A stretch of 64,000 bases of DNA, from positions 28,954,001 through 29,018,000 of the forward strand of contig OZ024761.1 in NCBI GenBank assembly GCA_964016885.1, in the 5' to 3' direction. Position numbers and translations under genes: made by a program. A model generated the notes under the pieces. The model searched no databases. It was not told the DNA's origin and saw nothing but the letters and a program-made list of their open reading frames with translations. The stretch is from Eledone cirrhosa (Eukaryota). This document shows, piece after piece, positions 1-11,569 of this stretch. The number at the start of each line of letters is the position of its first letter. The first letter of the stretch is position 1.

Positions 1-414
1 GATTTTGTGTATATAGATGTGTATGCATATTTGTGTGTGAGAGAGTGTGTGTATATGTGTGAGTATGAATGCATGTGTGCGTATTTAAGAATAAATATGT
101 GTGTATGCGATTTTGTATGCATAAATATTTAGGTGTGTATTTGTGTACATAAATCTATGTGTGTTTCTATATAAATGTGTATATGTATGTCTAGAAATTC
201 TCTAAGAGTATATATATATGTGCATAAATATGTGTGAATGTATGAGTGTGTGCATAAATGTATGTATATGTGTATTTAATGTATGTATATGTGAATATAT
301 AAAATATGCATTTGTGTATATAAATGTATGTGTATGGATCTTTATATGTATATGCGTATTATGAATATTTATATATAAATATGTAATTGTGTGAATATTT
401 GTCTGTATGAATCA

Positions 415-757
415 TCATCATCATCATCATCATCATTTCATTTTACGTCCGCTTTTTCCCTGCTTGCAAGGGTGGGACGGGAACTGATGCTGGCTTGATT
501 TCTACAGCTGGATGCCCTTCCTAACACCAACCTCATTTACAGTGAGTGCTGGGTGCTTTTTTGCGGTGGCACCTCCACAACCACTTTGCAGTGGAATGAT
601 ATGGACCCAGTCCCTATCATCTCATTTCTACAGCTGAGTAAACTGGAGCAATGTGAAATAAAGTGTCTTGCTCAAGGAAACAACTCATCACCCGGTCTGA
701 GAATTGAACTCGCAACCTTTCGATTGCAAGGCCAATGATCTAACCACTAAGCCATGT
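415..757 (-). mobile_element. tRNA-derived SINE (tRNA head, CORE/V-like centre, RTE-like 3' tail ending in (GAT)n)
   Basis: Minus strand shows A box TGGCTTAGTGG, B box GAGTTCAATTC, central TTCCTTGAGCAAGACAC and tail GTTAGGAAGGGCATCCAGC...GGACGTAAAATG(ATG)n; matches copies at 12668, 34165, 49820 and 50232. Confidence 0.85.
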
Positions 758-801
758 GTATAAATGTATATATATATATATATACATACATATATACATA
801 T

Positions 802-886
<85 letters not shown>

Positions 887-1501
887 AATATGTATGTATG
901 TATGTTTATATGTATGGATGTATGTGTGTATGCATATTTCTGTGTATAAATGTATATGTATATATATATATATATATATATACAGTGATACACAGAAATA
1001 TTCACACACACACACTCATATATATATATGTGCGTGTGTTTGTGTGTGTGTGTGAACATTTCTGCATATAAATGTACGTACATATGTCTATGTACGTGTA
1101 TATGTATAACCGTGTGTTTGTGTGTCACATAATTCAATTTATCGACATGGTCAGTCACCTGTGCCAGTTCTTCACATCAGAATGACCACTCAGCTCAACA
1201 CCACACACACACAAATTTATTAAGCCTGATCCCTGGTGAAATTAGGAAATCCAGATGATCCTAATGGCACCCGCCTTCTTAACCTCCACCCCACCAACAC
1301 CCCGACCCCTCCCCCCACCCCATGATCAAACAGCCACAACTCAGGAATCGGATGAGCGTGAAATTGCTTATAGGATATATTAATTGGCCGATGAACGTAG
1401 CTGAGATAAAAAGTGACGACGTGTTATGTGAGATGATATTTGTGATATTTTGATAGAGAGAGGTGTATATATTGACTGTCAGGGTGGTGTATATAGATAT
1501 A

Positions 1502-1541
<40 letters not shown>

Positions 1542-1586
1542 AGTGATATTGAGACAGTTATAGTGATATATTGACTGTCATGGTGG

Positions 1587-1619
<33 letters not shown>

Positions 1620-1726
1620 GTGTATATATATACATATATATATATATATCTGTATATCAGTGATATCAATATTTATAGTGGTTTATTTATATTTATACAT
1701 ATACATAACTATATATATGAATCTAT

Positions 1727-1802
<76 letters not shown>

Positions 1803-1811
1803 ATTTATATA

Positions 1812-2027
1812 GGAATGATCGACTTTCGTCAAATCACTACGAATGAAACAATGTTTCCATTGGTCTTTCCAATTGCTAATACTATCTATCAGTTGCAACT
1901 CCAGGTAGAAGGAGCAACGTGAAATAAAGTGTCTTGCTCAAGGACATAACGCATCACCCGGTACGGGAATCGAACTCACAACCTCACGATTGTGAATCAA
2001 ATTCTCTAACCACTCAGCCACACGCCT
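1812..2027 (-). mobile_element. tRNA-derived SINE with related head/centre and a different 3' tail
   Basis: tRNA-like head (TGGCTGAGTGG, GAGTTCGATTC) and CCTTGAGCAAGACAC centre; second copy at 48522-48737. Confidence 0.8.
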
Positions 2028-2102
2028 TCAATTAATGATGGCATGTATATATATATACATATATATACACACACACTGACACACACACATATATATACAA
2101 AT

Positions 2103-2133
<31 letters not shown>

Positions 2134-2141
2134 CATACATA

Positions 2142-2357
2142 CAATTGTTTCTACTATTGGCACCAGGCCAGTAATTACCCACTACATTACTGGTACTTTA
2201 TTTTATCGACCCCGTAAAGATGAAAGGCACAGTTAACCTTGGCGGGATTTGAACTCAGAATGGCATGGGCCGTAACTTGCCATTCTGAGTTCAAATCCTA
2301 CCAAGGTTAACTTTGCCTTTCATCCTTACGGGGTCGATAAAATAAAGTACCAGTAAT
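2142..2357. mobile_element. Nin/Deu-domain-like SINE in fold-back arrangement
   Basis: Arms 2186-2265 and 2278-2357 are reverse complements and contain TTTGCCTTTCATCCTTACGGGGTCGATAAAATAAAGTACCAG. Confidence 0.8.
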
Positions 2358-2789
2358 ATATACATACAATTAATTTTTTTTTTTTCTACTTTAGGCACAA
2401 GGCCAGCAATTACCCAGTACATTACTGGTACTTTATTTTATCGACCAAGGACAGGACAGTTTAATAAGGTACTCAATACATTAGTAGAAAAGGTACATAT
2501 TTATTTCATATAGAAATGACAACTACAGAAATCATCAGGAAAGTCTAAATAATTCTATATTAAATATATATATATATATATACTTGCTTGCCACTGATCT
2601 ATTAAGATAGTTGGTGCTGGTATATCATGAAAAAATTATACATCACATATCTATTTTGTCTGATGAGAGCATGCCCTGATTTATGTTAAACATAACCAAA
2701 TATACACCCCAATCCACTACCCCTACCCTATCCTCCAACTCCCACCAACACCACCCTCTCTCTGTAAAGTTGGTACCACAATATCCAGT

Positions 2790-3075
2790 CCAAATAAATG
2801 AGATAATGAGATCGAGATCGTGTAGGTGTCACGACAAAAAAAAACACACAGTCCACTCTGTAATGTGGCCGTGTAGGTAACACGGTAAAAAGTTCCCAGT
2901 TCCACACTGTAAATGTGGTTGGTGTTAGGAGGGCATCCAGCCGTAGAAAACCTGCCAGATAGTCCTATATGAGCGAGACACGGTCACCCGACCAACCTTG
3001 CCTCAAGTGGGACAACTCCCGTCTAACCCATGCTAGCGTGGAAAATGGACGTTAAACGAAGATCATGATGATGAT
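2790..3075 (+). mobile_element. RTE-tail SINE/LINE 3' fragment
   Basis: GTTAGGAGGGCATCCAGCC...AACCCATGCTAGCGTGGAAAATGGACGTTAAACG then GAT repeats; relatives at 17360-17660(-), 38765-39014, 45040-45245 and 47780-48107. Confidence 0.75.
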
Positions 3076-3280
3076 AAATTTTTGCATCCTCGAAATATAT
3101 ATAAGGAAATAAATGGTCATGAGATAAAATGTATATCTTTTGTTCATAACTATTATTCTCATAATACTCCAGATAAATACACTTTGTTGAGTGCTTTGTA
3201 TCTATTACACACATAAGTCAGTTGATTACATATCAACTAAGTCTTTAACTCATTGTTTATACATACATACATACATACAT

Positions 3281-3860
3281 GGTGGCTGCCAACTCGTTTT
3301 CGAGTACGACCACTACTTTATATCCATGTAGGAGAACCCCTACCGATGCGCTGAACGAGTGTGACTTTTTAGTCCAGCCTGTGACTTGAAAACTCTGGTA
3401 CAAACACTACACTTGTGACAATTATTGACACATAGTGCTGGGCCCATGGTACCATGTGACGACAAGTGCAGAGAGATCTCCAGATATAAAGCAATGCCTG
3501 AGCCGTGAAGCTTTTATAGTGAGCAAAAGCACTGCACAAAGTCCCACTCTCTTAACCAAGATGATATTTACCAAAAAGAAGAACAAGTCAACATCATTGG
3601 ATACCATCAGGGTTGCAGGTGTTATATCAGAGTTTTCCTTCTCCTAGAATTCTGCCTTGACAAAGGCTAAGGGGTCATCTCTCCCGGTGATTTTGGATGG
3701 CCATTGACTCTTAAGAGCTCCTTTGCCCTTTGACAAGTTTTGTTTTTAGTCCTGCAGGATGTCCAAAGTCACCCTCCTCACCAAGAAACCTTGGTGGGGT
3801 TGCCAGTTTAGTCGCCAACGACCCGACCATGAGACAGGTTGTACTGGGATACATGTTACC
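3281..3860 (-). mobile_element. Non-autonomous RTE-like derivative with C-terminal C2H2 finger remnant
   Basis: Highly similar to 44421-44912(-) and 59421-60026(+). Confidence 0.7.
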
Positions 3861-3887
3861 ATACATACATACATACATACATACATA

Positions 3888-4328
3888 GTAATACGTGACG
3901 TATTCTATTCTATAGCGATTAGGTCTTCAAAATGTTTATTATAAACATACAGAATATTTTCGAATATTCTATGTCTATATTCACATATATATCGCTATTT
4001 CAGAGCATTTATTCCAATTTCTAATTTCTGCCGGACCGTCAACCGCTCTTTCAAACCAGTTCCTGTACACAGCTAAGTATTCTATAAGTCTCTAGCTGTG
4101 TCATTCTCGATAAAAGCACTGGATATGTAGTCCTGATGATTTCTAACAAGAATGAAACGCGTAGATTACTTCCCTTGCTTTTGTCGAGAATCTAATTGTA
4201 ATACGTGACGTATTCTATTCTATAGCGATTAGGTCTTCAAAATGTTTATTATAAACATACAGAATATTTTCGAATATTCTATGTCTATATTCACATATAT
4301 ATCGCTATTTCAGAGCATTTATTCCAAT
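3888..4328 (+). mobile_element. Retrozyme/pLTR-like unit: 131-bp direct repeats (3888-4018, 4198-4328) flanking a hammerhead
   Basis: Exact direct repeat with period 310 bp, bounded by (CATA)n and (TA)n. Confidence 0.75.
4104..4190 (+). ncRNA. Type I hammerhead ribozyme with extended stem I
   Basis: GTAGTC-CTGATGA-tTTCTaacaAGAAt-GAAAC-GC-GTA-GATTAC; outer helix TTCTCGATAAAAGCA/TGCTTTTGTCGAGAA; predicted cut after A4163. Confidence 0.85.
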
Positions 4329-4363
4329 ATATATATATATTTATATATATATATATATATATA

Positions 4364-4556
4364 GGGCATTCTTCGAAGGAGAAGGCAACTCAGGAAACTA
4401 GGATAACTCCAATATAAAACCTGCGGCTCAGTAGTTAACCATGATGTTGATCTTTTCTTCTTTTCGGATTATAGCTACTGTCGCTCAGAGAGTGGGATTG
4501 GCTCAGTGCACAGTCTTTCCTCACTTTAAAAAATATCTTCACACACAGGCATTGCA
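4364..4556 (+). mobile_element. Diverged relative of the RTE-like derivative
   Basis: Shares ATGATGTTGA..TTCTTCTTTT, GAGAGTGGGA and CACAGGCATTGC with 59660-59816. Confidence 0.5.
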
Positions 4557-4570
4557 CGATAGAATTAATT

Positions 4571-4760
4571 AATTGTTTCTACGTCTTTGACACAAGGCCA
4601 GCAATTATCCCAGTGCATTACTGGCACTTTATTTTATCGACCCCGTAAGGATGAAAGGCAAAGTTAACCTTGGCGGGATTTGAACTCAGAATGGCAAGGG
4701 CTGTAACTCTATACGTCAAAGCATGGCGTCCAACCCTCTACTGATACTGCCAATCCACCG
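4571..4760 (-). mobile_element. Nin/Deu-domain-like tRNA SINE
   Basis: Reverse complement of the family consensus GGTGGATTGGCAGTATC...GAGTTCAAATCC...CATCCTTACGGGGTCGATAAA...GTAGAAACAATTA. Confidence 0.85.
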
Positions 4761-5094
4761 ATAGAATGAATTAATAATTATTAATAATGGTATATCGTGC
4801 AATGGCCATACTCGATATCGAGGGGGCAGCCATCATATACACACACACACCTATATAATGTAAGTGATTCAGTGAAATACTGGTGTTGGTACCAAAGCAA
4901 GCATTCTATGCACAGGCAGAGTGTATATATTAGAAAAAAACGAGGAAGTTTCCTTTACATGTATAAGATTTTTATTGTGTTTTGACCTGTTATGTGTGTT
5001 ACACAGAGGATCGGCACAAGGTCACCCATAGGAAATATGGACCCGACTCCGCTATTGATCTACTCTTCAGACTGCTGCTGTGATAAATCACACA

Positions 5095-5430
5095 TTTATA
5101 TACTGGAAGTACATTTAAACCATTGACAGAACAGGGACACACACACACCCACAAACTGACAGACAGACACACACACACACATACACACGCATACTGACAG
5201 ACACACATACACACATACTGACATGCATATATATATATATACACTGGAAGCACAGATAAGCCATTGACACAAACAGGGATATATAGACACAGACACACAC
5301 ACCAACTGACACACATCCACACACCAACACACACACATATATACACACTGGAAGGACTCATAAGCCATTGACAAAAGCAAGGACACACTCACACACACAC
5401 ACACACACACAGACACACACCAACATACTG

Positions 5431-5486
<56 letters not shown>

Positions 5487-5515
5487 GAGAAGGACTTATA
5501 AGCCATTGACATACA
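5095..5515. repeat. Compound minisatellite (ACTGGAAG..AAGCCATTGACA unit plus CA/TA tracts), about 4 units
   Basis: CCATTGACA recurs near 5120, 5261, 5365 and 5503. Confidence 0.7.
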
Positions 5516-6082
5516 AACAGTCCAATTATTCTACATCATTGATCACTTTATTTTCCTATATTTGATTGATTAATTAGAAGTATTAACTAACTAGGACCAC
5601 ACGTACCCAAGAAAGTTTACATCGACACAGAAAATCCATATTGATGTCGATATAGTTATATTGATATCATATTGAGATTCATTTCATCTTATATATCACA
5701 TTTTATATTGTATTATATTCCAATAATATTGTATTATATTATATTACAGGCTACTTCTATGAAAATATTTATATAAACATTTGTAAATATTAACTTGTTA
5801 AACCAGTTTATCCCCTCCCTCTCCCTCTCTGTCTGTCCGTCTGTCTCTCATCATTATCATCATCACCATCATCACCGTTTTATGTCCATTCTTTCACGTT
5901 AGCATGGGTTAGACGAGTTGTCCTGTTGTGGGCAATGCCAGGTCAGGTGACCCTGTCTTGCTCATACAGAACTGATTTGGGCTTGATTTCTGCAGCTGGA
6001 TACCCTTCCTAACACGAAACTCATTTATACTGGGTGCTTTTTTACCGTGGCACCTACACGACCACTTATATATATATATATA

Positions 6083-6974
6083 CAGGGTGTGGACGATATT
6101 TGTTTGCAATTTTCAACTGCTAATTTTTTTGCACATTTTTTTAATTTCCATTGTCACTCTTGTCTTCATAAAAACAATGACTATATTTCCATTATTTATT
6201 TTCAGAATAATTGATTATGAATAATTTTGAACCTCCAAATGTGTGGAAGAGACACGGAGTTCTTCTTGGAATCCGCGCCGGGAGGACAAATAAGGCCAGA
6301 AGATCAACTCCCAGAACAACAGGTGGCTCGCTGTCTCATCCAAAGACGTGCCCAGAGTCATGCAGACAAAGTTTCCAGCAACAACATTGGTCTTAGGTGT
6401 TGTCAGCAGTCAAGGTGATGTCATACCACCTCACTTCTTCCCTGAGGGCCTCAAGCTGAACACTGATGGCTACATCCGCGTTCTGAGAGAGGTAGTAAAG
6501 CCCTGGATCGACCAGGTAGCTGCAAGTAGGCCGTACGTGTGGCAGCAAAACTCAGTGCCCTGCCATACCAGCCGAAAGACCCACGCCTGGCTGTGAGAGA
6601 ACTTCGTCGACCACACTTCACCTGACATCTGGCCTCCCAGCTCACCTGACTGCAACCCCCTCGACTTCTTTGTGTGGAGCGCAGTGGAACGAGACACCAA
6701 AAGATCTAGCTGCAATACGAAAGACGATCTGAAGGCCAGGATCACAAGTGCCTTTAGGGCCCTAAATCGAGGGACAGTGACGAAGGCCTGTAGCCAGTTC
6801 CAAGGCCGCCTTGAGGCCGTCATCAAAGCCAATGGCGGGTTTATCGAGTGAGATCGAAAGAACAAGTCATGAAGACAACTGACCTAAGTTTGATAAATAT
6901 ATCTTAAAAAATAAAACTACTGTGTTACCTTTTCCTAGACAGTAATCTTGCGAACAGATATCGTCCGCACCCTG
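6083..6974 (+). mobile_element. Tc1/mariner DNA transposon, DD37D (maT) type, internally deleted
   Basis: TIRs CAGGGTGTGGACGATATTTGTTTGCAA / TTGCGAACAGATATCGTCCGCACCCTG with TA on both flanks. Confidence 0.9.
6348..6851 (+). pseudogene. DD37D transposase C-terminal remnant
   Basis: VWQQNSVPCH...WL*EN...WPPSSPDCNPLDFFVWS...GGFIE*; 37 residues between the second catalytic position (D changed to N) and the third D; internal stop at 6594-6596. Confidence 0.88.
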
Positions 6975-6987
6975 TATAATATATATG

Positions 6988-7018
<31 letters not shown>

Positions 7019-7019
7019 T

Positions 7020-7118
<99 letters not shown>

Positions 7119-7149
7119 GTATATATATATAGATATATGTATATATATA

Positions 7150-7504
7150 TATTAATAAGAGGAATTCCAACTTTGTCTGATTTACTCGTTTTATTTACAA
7201 TCCTTTAAAATTTATAATGGTTGTTATAATGATAGAATATTATGATAGAATATTAAATTTTAAGTGTTAATTGAACTTGACAGTCAAGTTTGCAATTTTC
7301 AACTTTCACAGTTGAAAATTGCAAACTTGACTGTCACCACATATTATGAACCTGAAGATTGCGAAAGCATGAAAGTACTTGTTCAATTAACACTTAGAAT
7401 TTAATATTCTATCATACTATTTCATTATAACAACCATTATAAATTTTAAAGGATTGTAAATAAAACGAGTAAATCAGACAAAGTTGGAATTCCTCTTATT
7501 AATA
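7150..7504. mobile_element. Fold-back PLE-like element, family A (left arm lacks the HHR)
   Basis: Long inverted repeat between (TA)n tracts; homologous to 13153-13545. Confidence 0.8.
7347..7385 (+). ncRNA. Minimal type I hammerhead
   Basis: TGAAC-CTGAAGA-tTGCgaaaGCAt-GAAAG-TA-CTT-GTTCA; palindromic stem III AAGTACTT. Confidence 0.8.
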
Positions 7505-7506
7505 TA

Positions 7507-7546
<40 letters not shown>

Positions 7547-7574
7547 CATATATCTATATATATATATACATATA

Positions 7575-7769
7575 CGTTATTCCGGGTTGAATCGGAGGTA
7601 ACCACAGTAAGTAAGGTACTCAATACATTGCAGAGTATAAAAGTTTTAATATAGATGAGATTCTACAGGACTAGAACTGTTTCATTCTTTAGAAATCATC
7701 AGAGATTCCTGATGATTTCTAAAGAATGAAACAGTTCTAGTCCTGTAGAATCTCATCTATATTAAAACT
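7575..7769. mobile_element. Fold-back PLE-like element, family B
   Basis: Inverted arms around 7702-7709; identical copy at 10581-10775; flanked by TA tracts. Confidence 0.8.
7702..7754 (+). ncRNA. Type I hammerhead
   Basis: GAGATTC-CTGATGA-tTTCTaaAGAAt-GAAACAG-ttctagtc-CTGTA-GAATCTC; 7-bp perfect stem I. Confidence 0.85.
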
Positions 7770-8422
7770 TATATATACATATATATACATATATATAAGA
7801 TGGAATTCCTCTTATTAATATAATCTTCTATACACAATCATACACACCCGTGTATATTTATCTATCTATTACATTCATTTGATTTATTGATTTTTTGATA
7901 TTTTTTTCTGAATGTCCCGAATCTTCCAGATCGCAATCTTTCGGTCGTACGGTTGATTATAGACTTGTTCTATGTGTGACGGTATTTTAACGATAGTTAT
8001 AGCTCTGATTTATCTGAATTATTGAGCCCTCTGCCGCTTATATCGAATTTTGTTTATCGTGAACTCGTGCGCCGTTTTTTCGATACTCGATTATTCTACT
8101 ATATATATATATATATATAGTAGAATAATCGAGTATCGAAAAAATGGCGTCTGACCTTCTACTGTTACTGCTAATCCACCGCCATTATATATATATAAAA
8201 GTGAAAACTAAAATCCAAAGAGGGCTTGATAAGGATTATTTATATATATATATATATTATCAAGGGCGGTGCCCCAGCATGGCCTCAGCCGGATGGCTGA
8301 AATAGGTAAAAGAGTAAAAGAGTATATAAAATATATATATATATATATATATACAATTGAGTACAATTTGAGTACAATTATAGGGAGTGACCTGAACAAG
8401 CGTTAATGATAGCATCACTAGG

Positions 8423-8466
8423 ACACCTGATGGAGGCTGGAGAGTACATCAGCTGAAACGTTGTGT
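8423..8466 (+). ncRNA. Degenerate hammerhead
   Basis: ACAC-CTGATGG-a-GGCTG..CAGCT-GAAACGTT-GTGT; core has G where A9 is expected. Confidence 0.5.
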
Positions 8467-8735
8467 TAACAACAAAACAAGAAGAGGACACCTTTCTGTC
8501 CAATGTATATAATGTAAGTAATTCCTCGTCTCAAAAATATAGAACATATATATGTATATATGTATATATATATATATATATATTGTTATGCTTCGGGAGG
8601 GTCATGTTGCCAATAAGAAACACACGCACCAGTTGCTTTCACTCCAATTTATTATAAATTAAATTTATAAATTTAAGAATTTATAAATTTCCGGTTGGTT
8701 GGTTGGTTCCACAACCAGACGATTGTTCATATATT

Positions 8736-8778
8736 GTCAAAGTTCTTTCGTCACACATTCTGTGACCTCTTCAGTGAC
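8736..8778 (-). ncRNA. Minimal type I hammerhead
   Basis: Minus strand: GTCA-CTGAAGA-gGTCACAgaatgTGTGAC-GAAAG-AA-CTT-TGAC. Confidence 0.75.
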
Positions 8779-9265
8779 TAGGGATTCTTTTCTTTGTTTT
8801 TGTGCCTCTCCTTTGTTCTGTCCTACGCCATCTTGTTTTTGTGTCAAATTCAGAAACGAAATATACATATATATATTTATTTAGGTTTGTTGGTTCACCA
8901 CTGGATAGAACTGGTCATTCCGTATGGTCAACCTCGATGTAATATTATGGAGAGCACTCAACGTAATGTAACTCACCCATCTTCGTTTGTGTAGTTGGTG
9001 GTGCGAGTACGGAGTTAATTATCATAAAATAACAGGAGGCTGGACTGTATAAGAACAGATTAAAATTTAAGCAAAGAATCACTGCTTTCACCCTTAATGG
9101 CTTTTATATTTATATATATTTTATATACTCTTTTACTCTTTTACCTATTTCAGCCATCCGGCTGAGGCCATGCTGGGGCACCGCCCTTGATAATATATAT
9201 ATATATATAAATAATCCTTATCAAGCCCTCTTTGGATTTTAGTTTTCACTTTTATATATATATAA

Positions 9266-9457
9266 TGGCGGTGGATTAGCAGTAACAGTAGAAGGTCAGA
9301 CGCCATGCATTGCAGCATAGAGTTACGGCCCTTTACAGTCTGAGTTCAATTCCTGCCAAGGTCAACTTTGCTTTTCATCCTTATGGGGTCGATAAAATAA
9401 AGTACCAGTAATGCACTGCGTATTTGCTGGCCTTGTGCCAAAAGTAGAAACAATTAT
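9266..9457 (+). mobile_element. Nin/Deu-domain-like tRNA SINE
   Basis: Full-length match to the family consensus. Confidence 0.85.
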
Positions 9458-9467
9458 TACTATATAC

Positions 9468-9513
<46 letters not shown>

Positions 9514-9528
9514 TTATATATATATATA

Positions 9529-10531
9529 TGTTTAACTTTGTCAATACTCTGATATGCCCAGTTCCTGGTTGGGTTGTTATTTCACTGAGGAACTGGAATC
9601 ATATGAATTCAAACAAACGAATTTCAGTGTCAAAGGGCCTCTTCTCCTCTCATTGGTCAGTTGTTAGAACATTCCTCAGTCAAAATTCTATAGAAATTCG
9701 TTCTGAGGCAAGCCAATCTGTAGTTGTTGTTCTTGTTAGGTACATCTGACCACAACACCAACAACACTACCAAAATAAAGGTAGAGGGCAGATGTACTTA
9801 ACAAAAGCAAACACAAACACTACAGGGAGCCTCACCCCAGAAAGAATTTCTATAAACTTTTGACTGAGGAATGCTCTCAAAACTGACCAATGGGAAGTGT
9901 GATCTTACAAATCTTTATAACATTGAAATGGGTATAATACACACACACATTTTATTCGATTATTTTATTTTATTTTGTTCCTTTATCATCTTATTCCTTC
10001 TACCACTTTATCATTTTTTTGAGCTGACTCCAACAACAACACGACTACCAACATAAGAATAGAGGTCAGATGTACCTAATAATAACAAGAACAACAACTA
10101 CAGATTGGCTTGCCTCAGAACGAATTTCTATAGACTTTTGACTGAGGAATGTTCTAACAACTGACCAATGAAAGGAGAAGAGGCGCTTTGACGCTGAAAT
10201 TCGTTTGTTTAAATTCATATGATTCCAGTTCCTCAGTGAAATAACAACCCAACCAGGAACTGGGCATATCAGAGTATTGACAAAGTTAAACACCTCAACA
10301 ACATGTGTACTCGTCTCTACCACACTAATTTGGACTGTCTGAAGAGGTCACAGCCAAAGATGGCTGTCACCGAAATATATATAGCAGTAATAAACAAAGC
10401 CAAATTTTAAACATTTGACTTATTTATTTTATTTTATTTTACATTACTCCGGAGTAACCAAACCAACCTGCACACTTCATCGAGTGCTCCAATCTGCATA
10501 CTGAGGTGTTGGTATACAACCAACATATACT

Positions 10532-10535
<4 letters not shown>
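9529..10535. mobile_element. PLE-like 3' end with inverted copy (9529-9751 vs 10064-10292)
   Basis: About 225-bp inverted repeat followed by an HHR and the ACTC/GAGT hairpin; flanked by TA tracts. Confidence 0.65.
10334..10388 (+). ncRNA. Minimal type I hammerhead
   Basis: ACTGT-CTGAAGA-GGTcACAGCCAaagaTGGCTGTcACC-GAAA-TATATA-TA-GCAGT. Confidence 0.85.
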
Positions 10536-10580
<45 letters not shown>

Positions 10581-10581
<1 letters not shown>

Positions 10582-10771
10582 GTTATTCCGGGTTGAATCG
10601 GAGGTAACCACAGTAAGTAAGGTACTCAATACATTGCAGAGTATAAAAGTTTTAATATAGATGAGATTCTACAGGACTAGAACTGTTTCATTCTTTAGAA
10701 ATCATCAGAGATTCCTGATGATTTCTAAAGAATGAAACAGTTCTAGTCCTGTAGAATCTCATCTATATTAA

Positions 10772-10775
<4 letters not shown>
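10581..10775. mobile_element. Fold-back PLE-like element, family B, second copy (HHR 10708-10760, +)
   Basis: Identical to 7575-7769 at an offset of 3006 bp. Confidence 0.82.
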
Positions 10776-10805
<30 letters not shown>

Positions 10806-10834
10806 GTGGTAACACAACAGTTAGTTCACCATAC

Positions 10835-10872
10835 CAAGAACAATTGTTTCACCTTAGTGGATCCTCAGCTCG
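10835..10872 (-). ncRNA. Minimal type I hammerhead
   Basis: Minus strand: CGAG-CTGAGGA-tCCactaaGGt-GAAAC-AATT-GTT-CTTG; weak stem II; homologue at 27656. Confidence 0.6.
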
Positions 10873-10951
10873 TAATCGTCAGGGTTATACAATAACTCAT
10901 CGCATGGACTGAGTGCTCTACCACTACGGATATTACCTTCCATTGTTCTAC

Positions 10952-10990
<39 letters not shown>

Positions 10991-11181
10991 CACACACACA
11001 CACATATATAACAAATAAATGGTTTATCGCTCTACATGGCTGAATGGAATCTGAGTTTTTCAAATATTAATAATATTCGATTCATTTGCAATTATGTAAA
11101 CAACCTCTTTAAAGCCACATCAGAAGAATGACACCGTCATTTGTGCTCTTGGGTTGGCACATATATATATATATATATATA

Positions 11182-11312
11182 GGATATAGTAGAATGGGTA
11201 ATAGGAAAAGTGTCAGGGGTCTTGACTCTTATCCTATTACCCACTCTACTACCCAGTATTGAGTACTCTGGTGCATTATAGTCCACCTGGTTACTTACCA
11301 CACTTCCTTCAT
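11182..11312. mobile_element. Short fold-back PLE-like tail, family C
   Basis: Hairpin 11188-11250; homologous to 20430-20597 and 31840-32026. Confidence 0.65.
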
Positions 11313-11327
11313 TATATATATATAAAG

Positions 11328-11512
11328 GGCGGTGGATTGGCAGTATCAGTAGAAGGTCGGACGCCATGCTTTCCAGCATAGATACGTCCCTTTACGATCT
11401 GAGTTCAAATCCCGAGGTTGACTTTGCCTTTCATCCTTACAAGGTCGATAAAATAAAGTACCAGTAATGCACTGGGTATTTGCTGGCCTTGTGCCTAAAG
11501 TAGAAACAATTA
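11328..11512 (+). mobile_element. Nin/Deu-domain-like tRNA SINE
   Basis: Family consensus match. Confidence 0.85.
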
Positions 11513-11569
11513 TATATATATAAATATAAATATAAGTGTGTGTTTGTGTGTGTGTGTATATATATATAT

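Larger units (their letters stand above)
8144..9306. repeat. 196-bp inverted duplication (8144-8339 vs 9111-9306)
   Basis: Arms appear to be exact reverse complements and span a SINE head, a spacer and a LINE/SINE tail. Confidence 0.85.

Noticed and set aside
2654-2700. TTTTGTCTGATGAG resembling the family E HHR start
   Set aside because: The 3' half of the core is missing
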